A stretch of DNA of 64,000 nt from Candidatus Bathyarchaeota archaeon (GCA_963780185.1 CAWABA010000001.1:256001-320000), one strand, 5' to 3'. Positions 11,227-22,825 are shown, numbered from the stretch's first letter. The notes: generated by a model not told the origin, from the sequence alone. Numbers and translations: made by a program.

Positions 11227-12457
11227 ATAACTGAAAAAATAGTGTTAGCTTACTCAGGCGGATTAGACACATCCGTGCTAGTCAAGTATCTCCAAGAAAA
11301 ATATGATGCACAAGTAATTACTGTTACCGTTGATGTTGGCCAACAGGAAGATCTGAAAGCAGCTGGCGAAAAAGCCAAGAAACTCGGGGTTTTGAAGCAT
11401 TTCTCAATCGATGCGAAAGACGAGTTCGCAAAAGACTACATTTTCCCAGCCATAAAAGCCAACGCCCTCTACGAGGGAAAATACCCGATAAGCACAAGTC
11501 TCTCGCGTCCGCTCATTGCGGCAAAGATGGTTGAAGTCGCTGAAAAAGAAGGCGCAACAGCTCTGGCGCACGGCTGCACAGGCAGAGGAAACGACCAAGT
11601 GCGCTTCGACGTAACCCTCGGCTCTTTGGCACCTGGCAGAAAAATCATTGCGCCCGTGCGTGAATGGGGAATGACCCGTGAAGAAGAAATCGCTTACGCA
11701 AAAACCAAAGGCATCCCTGTCAGCAACGCAGCCAAAAAATACAGCATAGATGCAAGCGTCTGGGGAAGAGCCATCGAATGCGGTTTGCTTGAAGATGCAA
11801 GCCAAGCGCCTCCTGAAGACGCCTACGAATGGACAATTTCACCTGAAAAAGCGCCAAACACAGCCGGAAATTCGTCACTATACAATTTGAGGCTGGCGTG
11901 CCCGTGGCAGTAAACGGCAAATCCATGTTGCCTCTGGAGCTTATTGAGGAAATGAATAAGATTGCTGGCAGAAACGGCGTTGGCAGAATCGACCACATCG
12001 AAGACCGGCTTGTCGGCATAAAGTCAAGGGAAGTTTACGAGTGCCCAGCCGCGACCGTGATTTTGGAAGCTCATAAAGACCTTGAAAAAATGGTTATGAC
12101 TCGGCATCAAGTTCTGTTTAAGCAGCAAATTGATGCGGAATGGGTGTTCTTGGCTTACGCGGGTTTATGGGTTGACCCGCTTAAAGACGACTTGGATGCA
12201 TTCATCAACAAGTCGCAGGAAAACGTGACTGGCGAAGTTAAGCTTAAGCTGTACAAGGGCAGCATGCAGGTTATCGGACGTTCCTCGGCAATGTCGCTCT
12301 ATGACAAGAACCTGGCGAACTACAACATCAAAACCAGCTTTTGACCAGTCGTACTCGCAAGGGCTTTATTGAACTGTGGGGGCTCCAAACAAGAATGTAC
12401 AATGCCCTCAAGAAAACCAGCAAAAAACCCGCTGAGAAAGGCAAGAAAACCAAGTAG
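11227..12457 (+). CDS. argG: Argininosuccinate synthase, frameshifts near 11866 and 12340-12360
   Basis: [43 protein letters not shown]; C-terminal GFIELWGL in a shifted frame ending at TAG 12455-12457. Confidence 0.93.
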
Positions 12458-12484
12458 TAAACCTGGAAACGGAGAAGCTGAGAA

Positions 12485-14004
12485 GTGTCGAAGATACTGC
12501 ATGGTGGGCGGCTCTCGTCTATGCGTGAAGACGTAGCAAAGTTTACTTCTTCCCGAAAAGACGACGAACGCTTAGCCAACGCGGTAGTCGACATCAACCT
12601 AGCCCACGTTGTAATGCTCATAGAGCAGAAAATAATTCAGCCGCAAGATGGAGGCAAAATCCTCAAAGCCCTCCAAAAACTCGCAAACGCCCCGCTTGAC
12701 CCTGCAGCTGAAGACGTTCACATGGCGGTTGAAGAAGCCGTCCTCAAAGCGACAGGACCAGAAGTCGGCGGAAACCTTCACATCGCAAAAAGCAGAAACG
12801 ACCAAGTCACAACAGCCATTCGCATGCAGCTCCGAAATGAACTCGTCGGGCTTATGCTTCAGGTGCTTCAAATGCAGGAAAGCCTCTTGGAAGCCGCGGG
12901 TAAACACGTCGACACCGTCATTTTGGAGTACACTCACTTGCAGGCGGCGCAACCCGTCACGTTCGCCCACTACCTGCTATCACACGTTCAAGCTTTGGAA
13001 CGGGACTTGAAGCGGCTTGTAAGGCGCTTATGAACGGGTTAACCTGTGTCCTCTTGGCGCAGGCGCGTTGGCCACGACAAGTTTTCCGATAAACCGTGAA
13101 AGAACCGCCGCCCTCTTGGGGTTCAATTCGGTGCTGGAGAACTCGATTGACGCGGTTGGCAGCCGAGACTTCATCCTTGAAACTCAAGGCGCACTCACCC
13201 TGCTGGCGATAAATCTGAGTCGTCTGGCGGAGGATTTGATAATTTGGAGTTCACAAGAGTTCGGCACGGTTGAGTTGCCTGACGAATTCACCTCTACAAG
13301 CAGCATTATGCCGCAGAAGAAGAATCCTGAGGTGCTCGAAGTGATTCGTGCAAGAGCCAGCTACGCCCTTGGCGATTTCGTAGCCTCAGCCGCAGCCCTC
13401 AAAAGCCTGCCGACAGTTTACAACTTGGATTTTCAAGAGGTAACACCCAAACTTTGGGCTTCAACAAACAACCTCTCCAGCCTCACTTGCCATATTCACT
13501 TCGCTTATCCCCCAGCTTAAGGTGTCCTCAAACGTAGAAGCCAAAGCCGCGGCATCCTTCGCGGGTGCAACGGAGCTTGCAAACATGCTTGTACTGAAGT
13601 ACAATGTTGCGTTCCGAACGTCGCATAAGATTGTGGGTGCTCTTGTTAAGTCGCTTGTTGATTCAAAGAAGACTTTGCTGGATGCAACGCCCCAACTGCT
13701 TCAGACGATAGCTCAGGAAGCTGCAGGCGTAAAGTTGTCTGTTAAAATGGAAGACATCGTTGACTGCACGGATCCCCGCAAACTAGTCGAAACATATAAG
13801 GTGCTTGGGGGGCCTTCAGCCGTCGAGGTTGAAAGAAGCATAAAAACAAGCAAGAAAAACATGGCAGATGCCAAAAGCAACATAGTTAAACTTAAAAACA
13901 AGATTGCAGATGCACAAAGGAACCTTAACAGCGTCGCGGAATCTTACACTTCAAACACGCGGTCCGTAACTGAAAACGTAAGATTTAAAAATCCAAACTT
14001 ATAG
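12485..14004 (+). CDS. argH: Argininosuccinate lyase, frameshifts near 13020 and 13500
   Basis: [19 protein letters not shown] and [10 protein letters not shown] signature across three ORFs. Confidence 0.93.
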
Positions 14005-14005
14005 G

Positions 14006-15164
14006 TTGAATAGGGCTTTGGTCCCACAACATAGCACGTTCGAAAAAAGTAAAAAAGCAATTCTGCTTCTCGAAGACGGAACGTCATTTGTCGGTAACGG
14101 TTTTGGAGCAACAGGAAAAATCTCAGGCGAGGTTGTTTTCTCAACTCAGATGGTTGGCTATCCAGAAGCGTTAACTGACCCATCGTATAAAGGTCAAGTT
14201 TTAACCCTGACTTACCCGATGATAGGCAACTACGGCGTTCCATCAAACGAGTTGAACCTTGGCTTACCGCTTTACTTTGAATCAGACCACATTCAAGTTC
14301 AAGGATTAGTAATCCACGAATTATGCCACCAACCTTTCCATTGGGCATCAACAAGAACCCTGGACAAGTGGCTGCTTGACGAAGGCATCCCCGGAATATA
14401 CGGCGTAGACACTCGGCGCCTAACAAAGAAACTGAGAACCCACGGTGTCATGCTGGGGGTTCTGCAGGTTTTCGATGAGGGCGAAAAACCAGATTTGGAA
14501 GCCGTCCTAAAAGACGGGAAAAACATAGCTGATCCCAACTTGACCGACTTAGTTAAGGAAGTGTCCGTGAAGCAACCCGTCAAGTATGAGTGTAGATGGC
14601 AGAAAAACCGTTGTTTTAATTGACTGCGGAGTAAAATACAGCATCATCCGCAACCTGCTTAAACGAGGCATAAACGTTGTCCGCGTGCCCTATGACACTT
14701 CAGCCAGTGAAGTTTTAGCTTACAACCCCGACGGCGTCTTCCTAAGCAACGGACCAGGCGACCCGAAAAAATGCGTGAAAACAATCAACTGCGTCCGCGA
14801 AGTAGTCGACAAAGTTCCGTTCATGGGCATCTGCCTTGGCGCCCAAATCCTTGCATTGGCTATGGGAGGCGATACGTACAAGTTGAAGTTCGGTCACCGC
14901 GCACAGAACCAGCCCGCTCTTGACCTGAGCAGTCAGAGATGCTACATCACAACTCAAAATCACGGTTACGCAGTCAACATCGAATCCCTAAAGAAAACCC
15001 CGCTTGAAACATGGTTCCTAAACCCCAACGACAAAACAACGGAAGGCGTCAAACACAAAAACAAACCCGTCTTCGCGGTGCAGTGGCACCCTGAAGCTTC
15101 TCCGGGACCATACGACACCGAGTTGCTGTTTGACAAATTCGCCAAAACCTTGGAGGCTCCTTAA
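14006..15164 (+). CDS. carA: Carbamoyl-phosphate synthase small subunit, frameshift near 14588
   Basis: GEVVFST, LTDPSYKGQ, SNGPGDP, GICLG, QNHGY, QWHPEASPGP. Confidence 0.93.
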
Positions 15165-18100
15165 ATGCCGAAGTTTGACTGGATTAAGAAGGTGCTGGTT
15201 CTCGGAAGTGGCGCCATAAAAATCGGGGAAGCAGCCGAATTTGACTATTCAGGAAGCCAATGCCTCAAGGCTCTCAAAGAAGAAGGCATAGAAACCGTTT
15301 TGGTTAACCCTAACATAGCGACTATTCAGACTGACCCGCGGCTCTCAGGAAAAGTCTACCTTTTACCCGTTACACCCGAATACGTCGAGCGCGTTATCGA
15401 GAAAGAACGTCCCGACGGTATCCTGCTGGGTTTCGGCGGACAAACCGCCCTTAACTGCGGTCTCGAACTTGACAAGAAAGGCATTCTGCAGAAGTATAAC
15501 GTTAAGGTTTTAGGTACTCCCATTCACTCGATTGAAGATACAGGTGACCGCGAACGGTTCCGCCAAGCGATGCTTAAAGCAGATGTTCCGCCCCTTAACA
15601 GCAAGTCAGCCACCACCGTTGAGCAAGCTTTGAACGTGGCGGCAGAGATCGGTTACCCCGTCATCGTTCGTGTTGCTTATACTCTCGGCGGCAAAGGCGC
15701 AGGTGTATGCCGCAACCCTGAGGAACTCAAGGAAACTGCCACGCGCGGGTTGGCTCAGAGCAGAATCAGCCAGATACTTATTGAAGAGTATGTTGGGCAC
15801 TGGAAAGAAGTCGAATACGAGGTTATGCGTGACTACGCAGACAACTGCTTAACGGTCTGCAACATGGAGAACTTTGACCCGATGGGCGTCCACACGGGAG
15901 ACTCAATCGTTGTTGCACCGTCGCAGACCATGAGCAACCGCGAATATCACCTTATCCGCTCAACCTCAATAAACGCCATACGCGCCCTGGGTATTGTGGG
16001 CGAATGCAACATACAGTGGGCTCTGCATCCACGCTCTGAAGAGTACCGTGTCATCGAAGTTAACTCACGCATGTCCCGAAGCAGCGCGTTAGCCAGCAAA
16101 GTCACAGGCTACCCGTTGGCGTACATCGCCACGAAGCTCACTTTGGGTTACTTGCTTCCTGAACTCATCAACAAAGTAACCGAAGTCACAACCGCCTGCT
16201 TCGAACCCGCCCTGGACTACATAACCGTGAAGATTCCGCGTTGGGACCTGCAGAAATTCAAGAACGCTGACCGCCATGTTGGTCCCCAGATGCGTTCCGT
16301 CGGCGAAGTGATGGCTATCGGACGCTGCTTTGAAGAGGCACTGCAGAAAGCCGTCCGCATGCTCGACACAGGCAAAATAGGTTTGGTATGCAACCCTGAA
16401 GATGACGAACCTGAAAGCGAGGCGCGGATACGCGATGCAGTCGAAAACCCCACTGACGAACGGCTCTACAAGCTTGTTAAAGCCCTGAAAATGGGCATAT
16501 CCGTCGCTGAAATTTACCGTTTAAGCGGCGTCGACCCATTCTTTCTCTACAAAATCCAAAACATCATCGACATGGAAACCAAGCTGCGCGGGTTAAACTT
16601 GGCTGATGATTCGGCGGCGGAAGTGATCCGTGAAGCTAAACGCTTAGGTTTCTCAGATGAGCAAATCGCTGTCTGCCAAAAGACCGATGAATTCACAATC
16701 AGGGGCTATCGCAAGGGCGCAAACATAGTTCCAGTTATCAAACAGATTGACACGTTGGCGGCGGAGTGGCCTGCAAAAACCAACTATCTCTACTTGACCT
16801 ACGGCGGCGACGAAGACGACATCGAACTGAAAAACGACGTAAGCAAAGTCATCGTGCTTGGCGCAGGCGTTTTTCGGATAGGTTCAAGCGTCGAGTTTGA
16901 CTGGTGCGGCGTAAACACGATTTGGGCGCTGAAGAAGAACGGTATCCAAGAAGCAATCATGGTTAACTACAACCCTGAAACCGTCTCCACCGACTACGAC
17001 GTGTCCGACAAACTATACTTCGAAGAACTCTCAATCGAACGCATACTGGACATTTACGAGAAAGAGAACCCGATGGGCGTCATCACCAGCGTCGGCGGAC
17101 AAATCCCAAACAACCTTGCAATGGGGCTTTCCCAAAAAGGCGTCAAACTTCTGGGCACCTCAGCTGAAAACGTTGATTTAGCTGAAGACCGCTCAAAATT
17201 CAGCGCACTTCTGGATCAACTTCAAATCTGCCAGCCAAGCTGGAGTAAACTCCTCTCCATCAGCGAGGCGAAGCGGTTTGCGGAAAAGATCGGTTACCCC
17301 GTTCTTGTGCGTCCAAGCTACGTGCTGTCAGGTTCAGCTATGCGTGTGGCTTACAATGAGACAGCGCTTGAGAACTTTTTGAAGTTAGCGGCGAAGGTTT
17401 CACGTGACCACCCCGTTGTCATCAGCAAATTCATCGACCACGCCAAAGAGGTTGAGGTAGACGGGGTTTCAGACGGAGAAAACGTCCTTATCGGCGCCAT
17501 CATGGAGCATGTGGAGTACGCGGGCGTGCACAGCGGCGACGCAACCATGACTATCCCGCCTCAGGCACTAAAGGTTGAGGTTCAGCAGAACATCGCGAAC
17601 TGCACGGAACGTATCGTCAGAGCGCTTAACATCCATGGACCCTACAACATCCAGTACCTGGTTAAAGACGACGTCGTCAACGTCATCGAATGCAACCTCC
17701 GCGCATCCCGATCAATGCCCTTCGTCAGCAAAACAAGAGGAATAAACCTGATTGAGCTGGCGACTTTGGCGATGCTGGGCAAAAAAATCGACGTGCTCAA
17801 ACTGTCGCCTATGACCACGGCTAAACACGTCGGCGTGAAGGTTCCTCAGTTCAGTTTCATGCGTTTAGCGGTGCTGATCCTGTGTTGGGCGTTGAAATGC
17901 TTAGCACAGGCGAGGTCGCTTGTTTAGGTGAAAACTTCTCCGATGCCTTCTCCAAGGCGCTGCGTTCCGCGGAATTCAGCATACCTGACAGGGACGGCTC
18001 GGTTTTCATAAGCGTCGGCGGCAGCATCGAACGCAAAAAGAGAGTCGTGCCTATCGCCCAGGCTTTTGTGGACTTGGGCTTCAAGATCTACGCGACGGAC

Positions 18101-18439
18101 CACACGGCTGACGTGCTTTGCGGTTCAGGCGTTGCTGCTGTAAAGCTCTTTAAGGTGAAGGAGGCTGGGGCTACGCCTAACGTGTTGGATTATTTGCAGG
18201 AACGCAAAATCGATTTGGTCATCAACGTGCCTATGGCTAATCGGCAGACCAGCATCAGCGAAATCTTGACCGATGGCTACATTATTCGGCGTCAAGCCGT
18301 AGAATTCAACGTGCCCGTCATAACTAACCTGCAGTTAGCCGCCGCTCTCGTCGAAGTGCTTAAGCATAAAAGCAAGAACGGCACCACTATCCGTAGCCTA
18401 AACGAGTACATGGATGATTTGCCCTGGAAAATGTGGTAG
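15165..18439 (+). CDS. carB: Carbamoyl-phosphate synthase large subunit, frameshift near 17868
   Basis: GSGAIKIGEAAEFDYSG, duplicated ATP-grasp halves, MGS domain in ORF 17882..18439. Confidence 0.95.
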
Positions 18440-18516
18440 CTCAACCCCGTTTTTTAGGAGTTTTGCACGCAATGTTTTATCAATCAACGCCTCCATAATT
18501 ACCCGCGGCGAAAGTT

Positions 18517-19050
18517 GTGCTTTACAAAACCGCTACATTGAAAAATGGGCAAACTGCGTCTTTGAGTTGGCTCTCTGAAGCTGACCTTGCCGAAGTCGTT
18601 GCGGCTCTCAACAGCGTGATTCGAGAACAAAAGTATCTGCTGCAGGTCAACGAGATACGTGACCTTGACGCTGAGCGGCGCTGGTTTTTGGATGCGGAAG
18701 AAGCTGGGATGCGTTACCTCGTTGCCCGAGTAGACGGCAAAGTAGTCGGCGGAGCAAACATAGCGCCCCGCGCAGGCAAAAGAAGCCACATCGCCGAATT
18801 CGGCATCTACATAATCAAAAGCCACCGCGACCTCGGACTCGGAACCATCCTAACCAAAGCATTCATCGACTTCGCCAAAAAAAGCCAATTCGAAATCATC
18901 CAACTATCCCTATTCTCCACCAACAAACGCGCACTGCACGTCTACAAAAAATGCGGCTTCAGAAAAATCGGAAAACTAACCCACGACATCAAACTCCCCG
19001 ACCAAACCTACACCGACAGAATCATAATGGAACAACTCCTAACCCACTAG
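18517..19050 (+). CDS. GNAT-family N-acetyltransferase
   Basis: HRDLGLGT acetyl-CoA motif; NKRALHVYKKCGF. Confidence 0.85.
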   Translation: MLYKTATLKNGQTASLSWLSEADLAEVVAALNSVIREQKYLLQVNEIRDLDAERRWFLDAEEAGMRYLVARVDGKVVGGANIAPRAGKRSHIAEFGIYIIKSHRDLGLGTILTKAFIDFAKKSQFEIIQLSLFSTNKRALHVYKKCGFRKIGKLTHDIKLPDQTYTDRIIMEQLLTH

Positions 19051-19295
19051 CCTTTCCTAATTCTGGGATTCCGTGAAGCCTTAAACAAGAACCCTTTTAA
19101 AAGCTTTCATAAAAACGATTCAAGGAAGCTTTTCTTTTATTCTTCTTGTTGGTGTGCTATTGCAGTCACAAACTTTAATTAGTTTTCATTGAAAATTCAA
19201 ATACAGATTAATGAGTCACAGGCTCTTTATTGCTGAGATAATTAACTATTAATTTGCTAAGTTCGCAAAACTTAAATACCAAGAGGGTTTAAACC

Positions 19296-19613
19296 TTGAA
19301 ACTCGATAAGAAAACAGCAAGGGAAAAAAAGAAGAGAGAGAATATGCCGCTCTTGGTTGAAACGCCTAATTCCGAACCAAACATGTCGCAACAACGTGAA
19401 AATCTGCGAGCCGATTACAAGTGGATTTCCACACAAGAAGAAACTTTGCGTAAAAAATACCTTAACAAGTACGTTGCAGTTAAAAACAAAGAAGTTTTGT
19501 TTGCTGATGACAATGCTTACACGCTGATTGATAATCTTAAAGCTAAAGGCATCTCAGTCAGCAATACCGCCATAAAATTCCTTAGCGACCACCCTACTTG
19601 TTTCCTACTGTAG
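19296..19613 (+). CDS. DUF5678-like small protein; start may be ATG 19344
   Basis: W…ETLRKKYLNKYVAVKNKEVLFADD pattern typical of DUF5678. Confidence 0.65.
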   Translation: MKLDKKTAREKKKRENMPLLVETPNSEPNMSQQRENLRADYKWISTQEETLRKKYLNKYVAVKNKEVLFADDNAYTLIDNLKAKGISVSNTAIKFLSDHPTCFLL

Positions 19614-19623
19614 AGCGCTTTTT

Positions 19624-20114
19624 TTGTCTGTAATAGCTGATATTTACCCCAGTTCGCCTGCTCGCCACCAAATTGGCACGCGCAAATAATTGGCACTTTG
19701 AAATGTGCTTGTTTACATAGAGTTAATTCGGAAAACATTACCTTTTTTGTGGATTCAGGCTCATCCGTTACCACCTTGTTGCCTTTTGATGTCGATAGAC
19801 TCGGAATAGACTATAATGCGTTACGCTATGCAGACGATCCATGCACTACTGCAACGGGCGAAAGAGTTTTCCCAAAAATCCTACCAAAAGTAGAATTAAC
19901 CCTAAATTCGTTTGATGCGAACGGTAAAAGCAAAGAGGATATTTTTGTTCTGCCCTACGTTAACTGTATGAAACCGCCTCAGGCACTTGACAGACGACTT
20001 CCCTCTGAAATTTTCACATACAGCCTATTGGGTATGGATGTTCTCCATAATTTTAGAGAGTGGCATTGGGATTTTGATGCTGGAGAATTGCGTCTAAGTT
20101 ATAACACTAAATGA
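19624..20114 (+). CDS. Retropepsin-like (clan AA) aspartic protease; probable frameshift near 19648 extends the N-terminus
   Basis: FFVDSGSSVTTL catalytic motif and SLLGMDVL motif; TTG 19624 is one base out of frame across a CCCC run. Confidence 0.75.
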
Positions 20115-20145
20115 ATGAGCGCAAATTGAAAGACATCTAAATTGC

Positions 20146-20691
20146 TTATGATGTAGTGGAATTTAGGATTCCGATGATTCTTTGGCATTTGTCGTTGACC
20201 AATTTCCAAAATGTCTCAAGCTCGTCCACTGCGGCAAGCTTGGAGTATCCAGCTGGAGGCGCTCTTGGATCTAAAACTAAACTGGCGCCTGGTTTCGCTC
20301 CCGCACGAAAATGGAAAGGGTTCACCCCGCAGTGATTAACCCAAATGTTGAAAACTACAATTCTAAAATGGCTTCCCTCCTCCGAATAAGGGTCACGGGG
20401 AAGAGGCAGCCAACGCTGGTCACCCGACCTAGTAGTCGGATACAACTCGCTTAACAGAGATTTTATCGGGTCACTAGCCGCTAATCTGGCTGATACCGTT
20501 CTCACACCTGCCCGTTCAGGGTCCAAGCCAAGGCTTCGTTTTTCGTTGATTACTTGAGCAAGAATCTCTACCGCCCCGACGAGATGAAAGAAAAACTCCT
20601 CAATCAGCATCTGCCTATCCTCAGATTTCGTACCCACCAAATCTCCGCCATTAAGCATCTGCAAGTCATCTAATCTTCGGTGAGCAAACAA
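20146..20691 (-). CDS. Hypothetical helical protein, possibly HEPN-like
   Basis: 181-aa ORF; EEFFFHLVGAVEILAQVIN…LGL segment. Confidence 0.55.
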   Translation of the reverse strand: MFAHRRLDDLQMLNGGDLVGTKSEDRQMLIEEFFFHLVGAVEILAQVINEKRSLGLDPERAGVRTVSARLAASDPIKSLLSELYPTTRSGDQRWLPLPRDPYSEEGSHFRIVVFNIWVNHCGVNPFHFRAGAKPGASLVLDPRAPPAGYSKLAAVDELETFWKLVNDKCQRIIGILNSTTS

Positions 20692-20902
20692 AAGATTGTC
20701 ACTTACTGCATGAACATCCGTAACTTTTGCACCTTAGCTAATGAACTGCATAACAAAGATATTAAATTTAAATTTACGATTTTTCACCTGAACCCCGAAA
20801 CTAGAAAACCAGCGGAAAAATGTGGAACAATCATCGGAGGGGCAAATGGAAAACGCGAGCAAAGAAATGGAAAAAAGAATATAACTGGTTGTTATTTTCG
20901 TT

Positions 20903-21407
20903 TTATTCCATGGTGATGTTGCCTGAGTCATCTATACGGGCTACTTGCCACTCATATTTGTATGAGTCAACTGCTTTCTTGATTTGGTTTCGAATAGGAG
21001 CAAGCGTTTTACATTGCTCTCTAGGCTAACAGAAGAATGTCACTGATTTCTTCTTCGTTTGTCATGCCATTAAATGCAATAAAGTCTATTGGATTGAATA
21101 TTGGCTTTACATCATAGGGGTTAAGTTTTAGCCTCTGCAAGGATGGGCATATTGCCTTGTAGAACGCTTTTTCAGCTTCTTTCCTCCCTTTTTCTATTTC
21201 TTCCTGCCGCATCTTCTCCTTCTGTTCGCTAAAGGCTTGTTCTTCAAGAGATAGCTTGGTGCTATCAATGTCAAATTGGTCTAACCACGTTTTTTCCGCC
21301 GTTTCAGCCTTAGATTTTAACTGTAAGTCTGATACACGGTGTAGCTTTCCACAGGGGCAGACAGCCAGAATTTTTCTGAATTGTTGATATTCTTCAAAAA
21401 GGCTCAT
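20903..21407 (-). CDS. Holliday-junction-resolvase-like (Endonuc_Holl) protein with degenerate active site, frameshift near 21024
   Basis: CPCG N-terminus and PIDFIAFNG; reading continues in the shifted frame as …IRNQIKKAVDSYKYEWQVARIDDSGNITME*. Confidence 0.7.
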
Positions 21408-21409
21408 TT

Positions 21410-21898
21410 TTACTCAAACACTCCGTAGGAGACCTTGTGGTTGGCTATTGCGTCGCGGATCGACTTCTGGTGTTCATTTAGCCTGGCGGCTCCGCTTTTA
21501 ACTTCCACAAAACTTAGTGATTCTACTTTTCCGTTTGACAAGCCGTTAAAGATTAGCATATCGATGGGGTCACCTAATACTTTGGTGTCTGGCACCACCC
21601 ATTTGAAGTCTTTTGCAACTGGCAGTACTTTTTCTAGGGTCTTGCCGATGTTGACGCCTGCGGTTATTTTTGCTGTCCTTTCGGTTATTTGCTTCAGTTG
21701 TTTTGCTAATTCGGCTTTTCGTTCCTCTATTGTTTTTTGATATTCAGTTTGTACTTCAATTGCCTGTTTTGGAAAGGGTTTTGTGCCATCAAATAGAAAG
21801 GCGTCTGAAATCAAAAATTCCTCTCCACAAGGGCATATGGCAGAAAGCCCAGACGTTTTCAAATTCTCAATAACTTGCTTCGTTTCCAACTCTCTCAC
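21410..21898 (-). CDS. Holliday-junction-resolvase-like PD-(D/E)xK endonuclease (Endonuc_Holl)
   Basis: GKTLEKVLP, LGDPIDMLIFNG, FVEVKSGAARLNEHQKSIRDAI. Confidence 0.85.
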   Translation of the reverse strand: MRELETKQVIENLKTSGLSAICPCGEEFLISDAFLFDGTKPFPKQAIEVQTEYQKTIEERKAELAKQLKQITERTAKITAGVNIGKTLEKVLPVAKDFKWVVPDTKVLGDPIDMLIFNGLSNGKVESLSFVEVKSGAARLNEHQKSIRDAIANHKVSYGVFE

Positions 21899-22130
21899 CT
21901 ATCGCTTGCCTATTGACTTGTTCTAAGCTTAAATTTATTGTATTTCTGGGGCTAACTATACTAAATCAAAATTAAGCTCTATCAAACAAAAAATAATATC
22001 GAAAAAGACTTATCACCCGAAAATTTACAGCCTTAACCATCGCCTAAGTTATCAGGACGACGACCATTGTTCGGTTGTTTTAAATAGCTCTTACTTGAAT
22101 AGGTGATTAAAGTAAAAATTGGGCTAAGAT

Positions 22131-22544
22131 ATGGAAATCGATACTGTTTTAGCCATAATCACGGCTCTAACGTCATTTACTACAGCCACCGTTCTCATTT
22201 TTACGTATCGTCTAGATAAGAAAAGGGATTTGCCTCAGTTTGCGCTAATTGCTCTTAGTTTTGGTCGTCCACCCAATAGCAAGCCATATGGCATTCACAT
22301 ACAAAATCCTACCAAGCCTATCAATCGCTGTCAAATCTTTTGCAATGGTTTTGCTCTTGATGTATTAAATGTCGCATATCTCAAAAAGTGGGTATATGTC
22401 CATGTAGGTGGTGAAGCAACCTTCAGCTTACCCAACAATCTGACTGACTTAGACAATGCAGTTATTGTTATAAAAGATGGAAAAAAGAATATTTACCCAA
22501 AAGTCAAATTCAAGGATATACCTTGCAACGTAACCGCCATCTGA
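22131..22544 (+). CDS. Hypothetical protein with N-terminal TM helix
   Basis: 137-aa AT-rich ORF with hydrophobic N-terminus. Confidence 0.6.
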   Translation: MEIDTVLAIITALTSFTTATVLIFTYRLDKKRDLPQFALIALSFGRPPNSKPYGIHIQNPTKPINRCQIFCNGFALDVLNVAYLKKWVYVHVGGEATFSLPNNLTDLDNAVIVIKDGKKNIYPKVKFKDIPCNVTAI

Positions 22545-22595
22545 ATAATGTCTCAATTTTGCAAAACATGAGGAAGGCGATGGCGGAATAGAATA

Positions 22596-22685
22596 TTCAT
22601 CCCACGAAAGTTAACAGTTTCATTCTTGGAGAAATTCTTATCCCACGAAACTTAACGGAAAAGTTCATCCCTTAAGAACTTCACA
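22596..22685. repeat. Three imperfect ~20-bp direct repeats (ATCCCACGAAASTTAAC)
   Basis: ttcatcccacgaaagttaac (22596), ttatcccacgaaacttaac (22638), ttcatcccttaagaacttcac (22664). Confidence 0.65.
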
Positions 22686-22753
22686 GAACCTGATTTCGTA
22701 ATGCTTTTATGTTTCTGTTTCATTTGGAATGGTTTGAAAAGGTTTGCAGGTGT

Positions 22754-22825
22754 GCGCTTTGGATGGCGCTTGTTTTCTTTTGCCGCCTTTGAGTGGCGTT
22801 AGCTGATTTTTTGCGTGGGGTATAG
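22754..22825. repeat. ~70-bp double-hairpin element, copy 1
   Basis: GCGC…GGCGC, T-tract, GCCGCCTTTGAGTGGC; aligns with 23493-23562. Confidence 0.65.

Noticed and set aside
6705-18439. Programmed frameshifting or true pseudogenes in the thr/arg/car genes
   Set aside because: Indels occur in both directions, lack slippery-heptamer signals and are spread over unrelated genes; sequencing error is more parsimonious
22596-22685. CRISPR mini-array
   Set aside because: Only 2-3 degenerate repeats, with gaps far shorter and less regular than spacers; no cas genes
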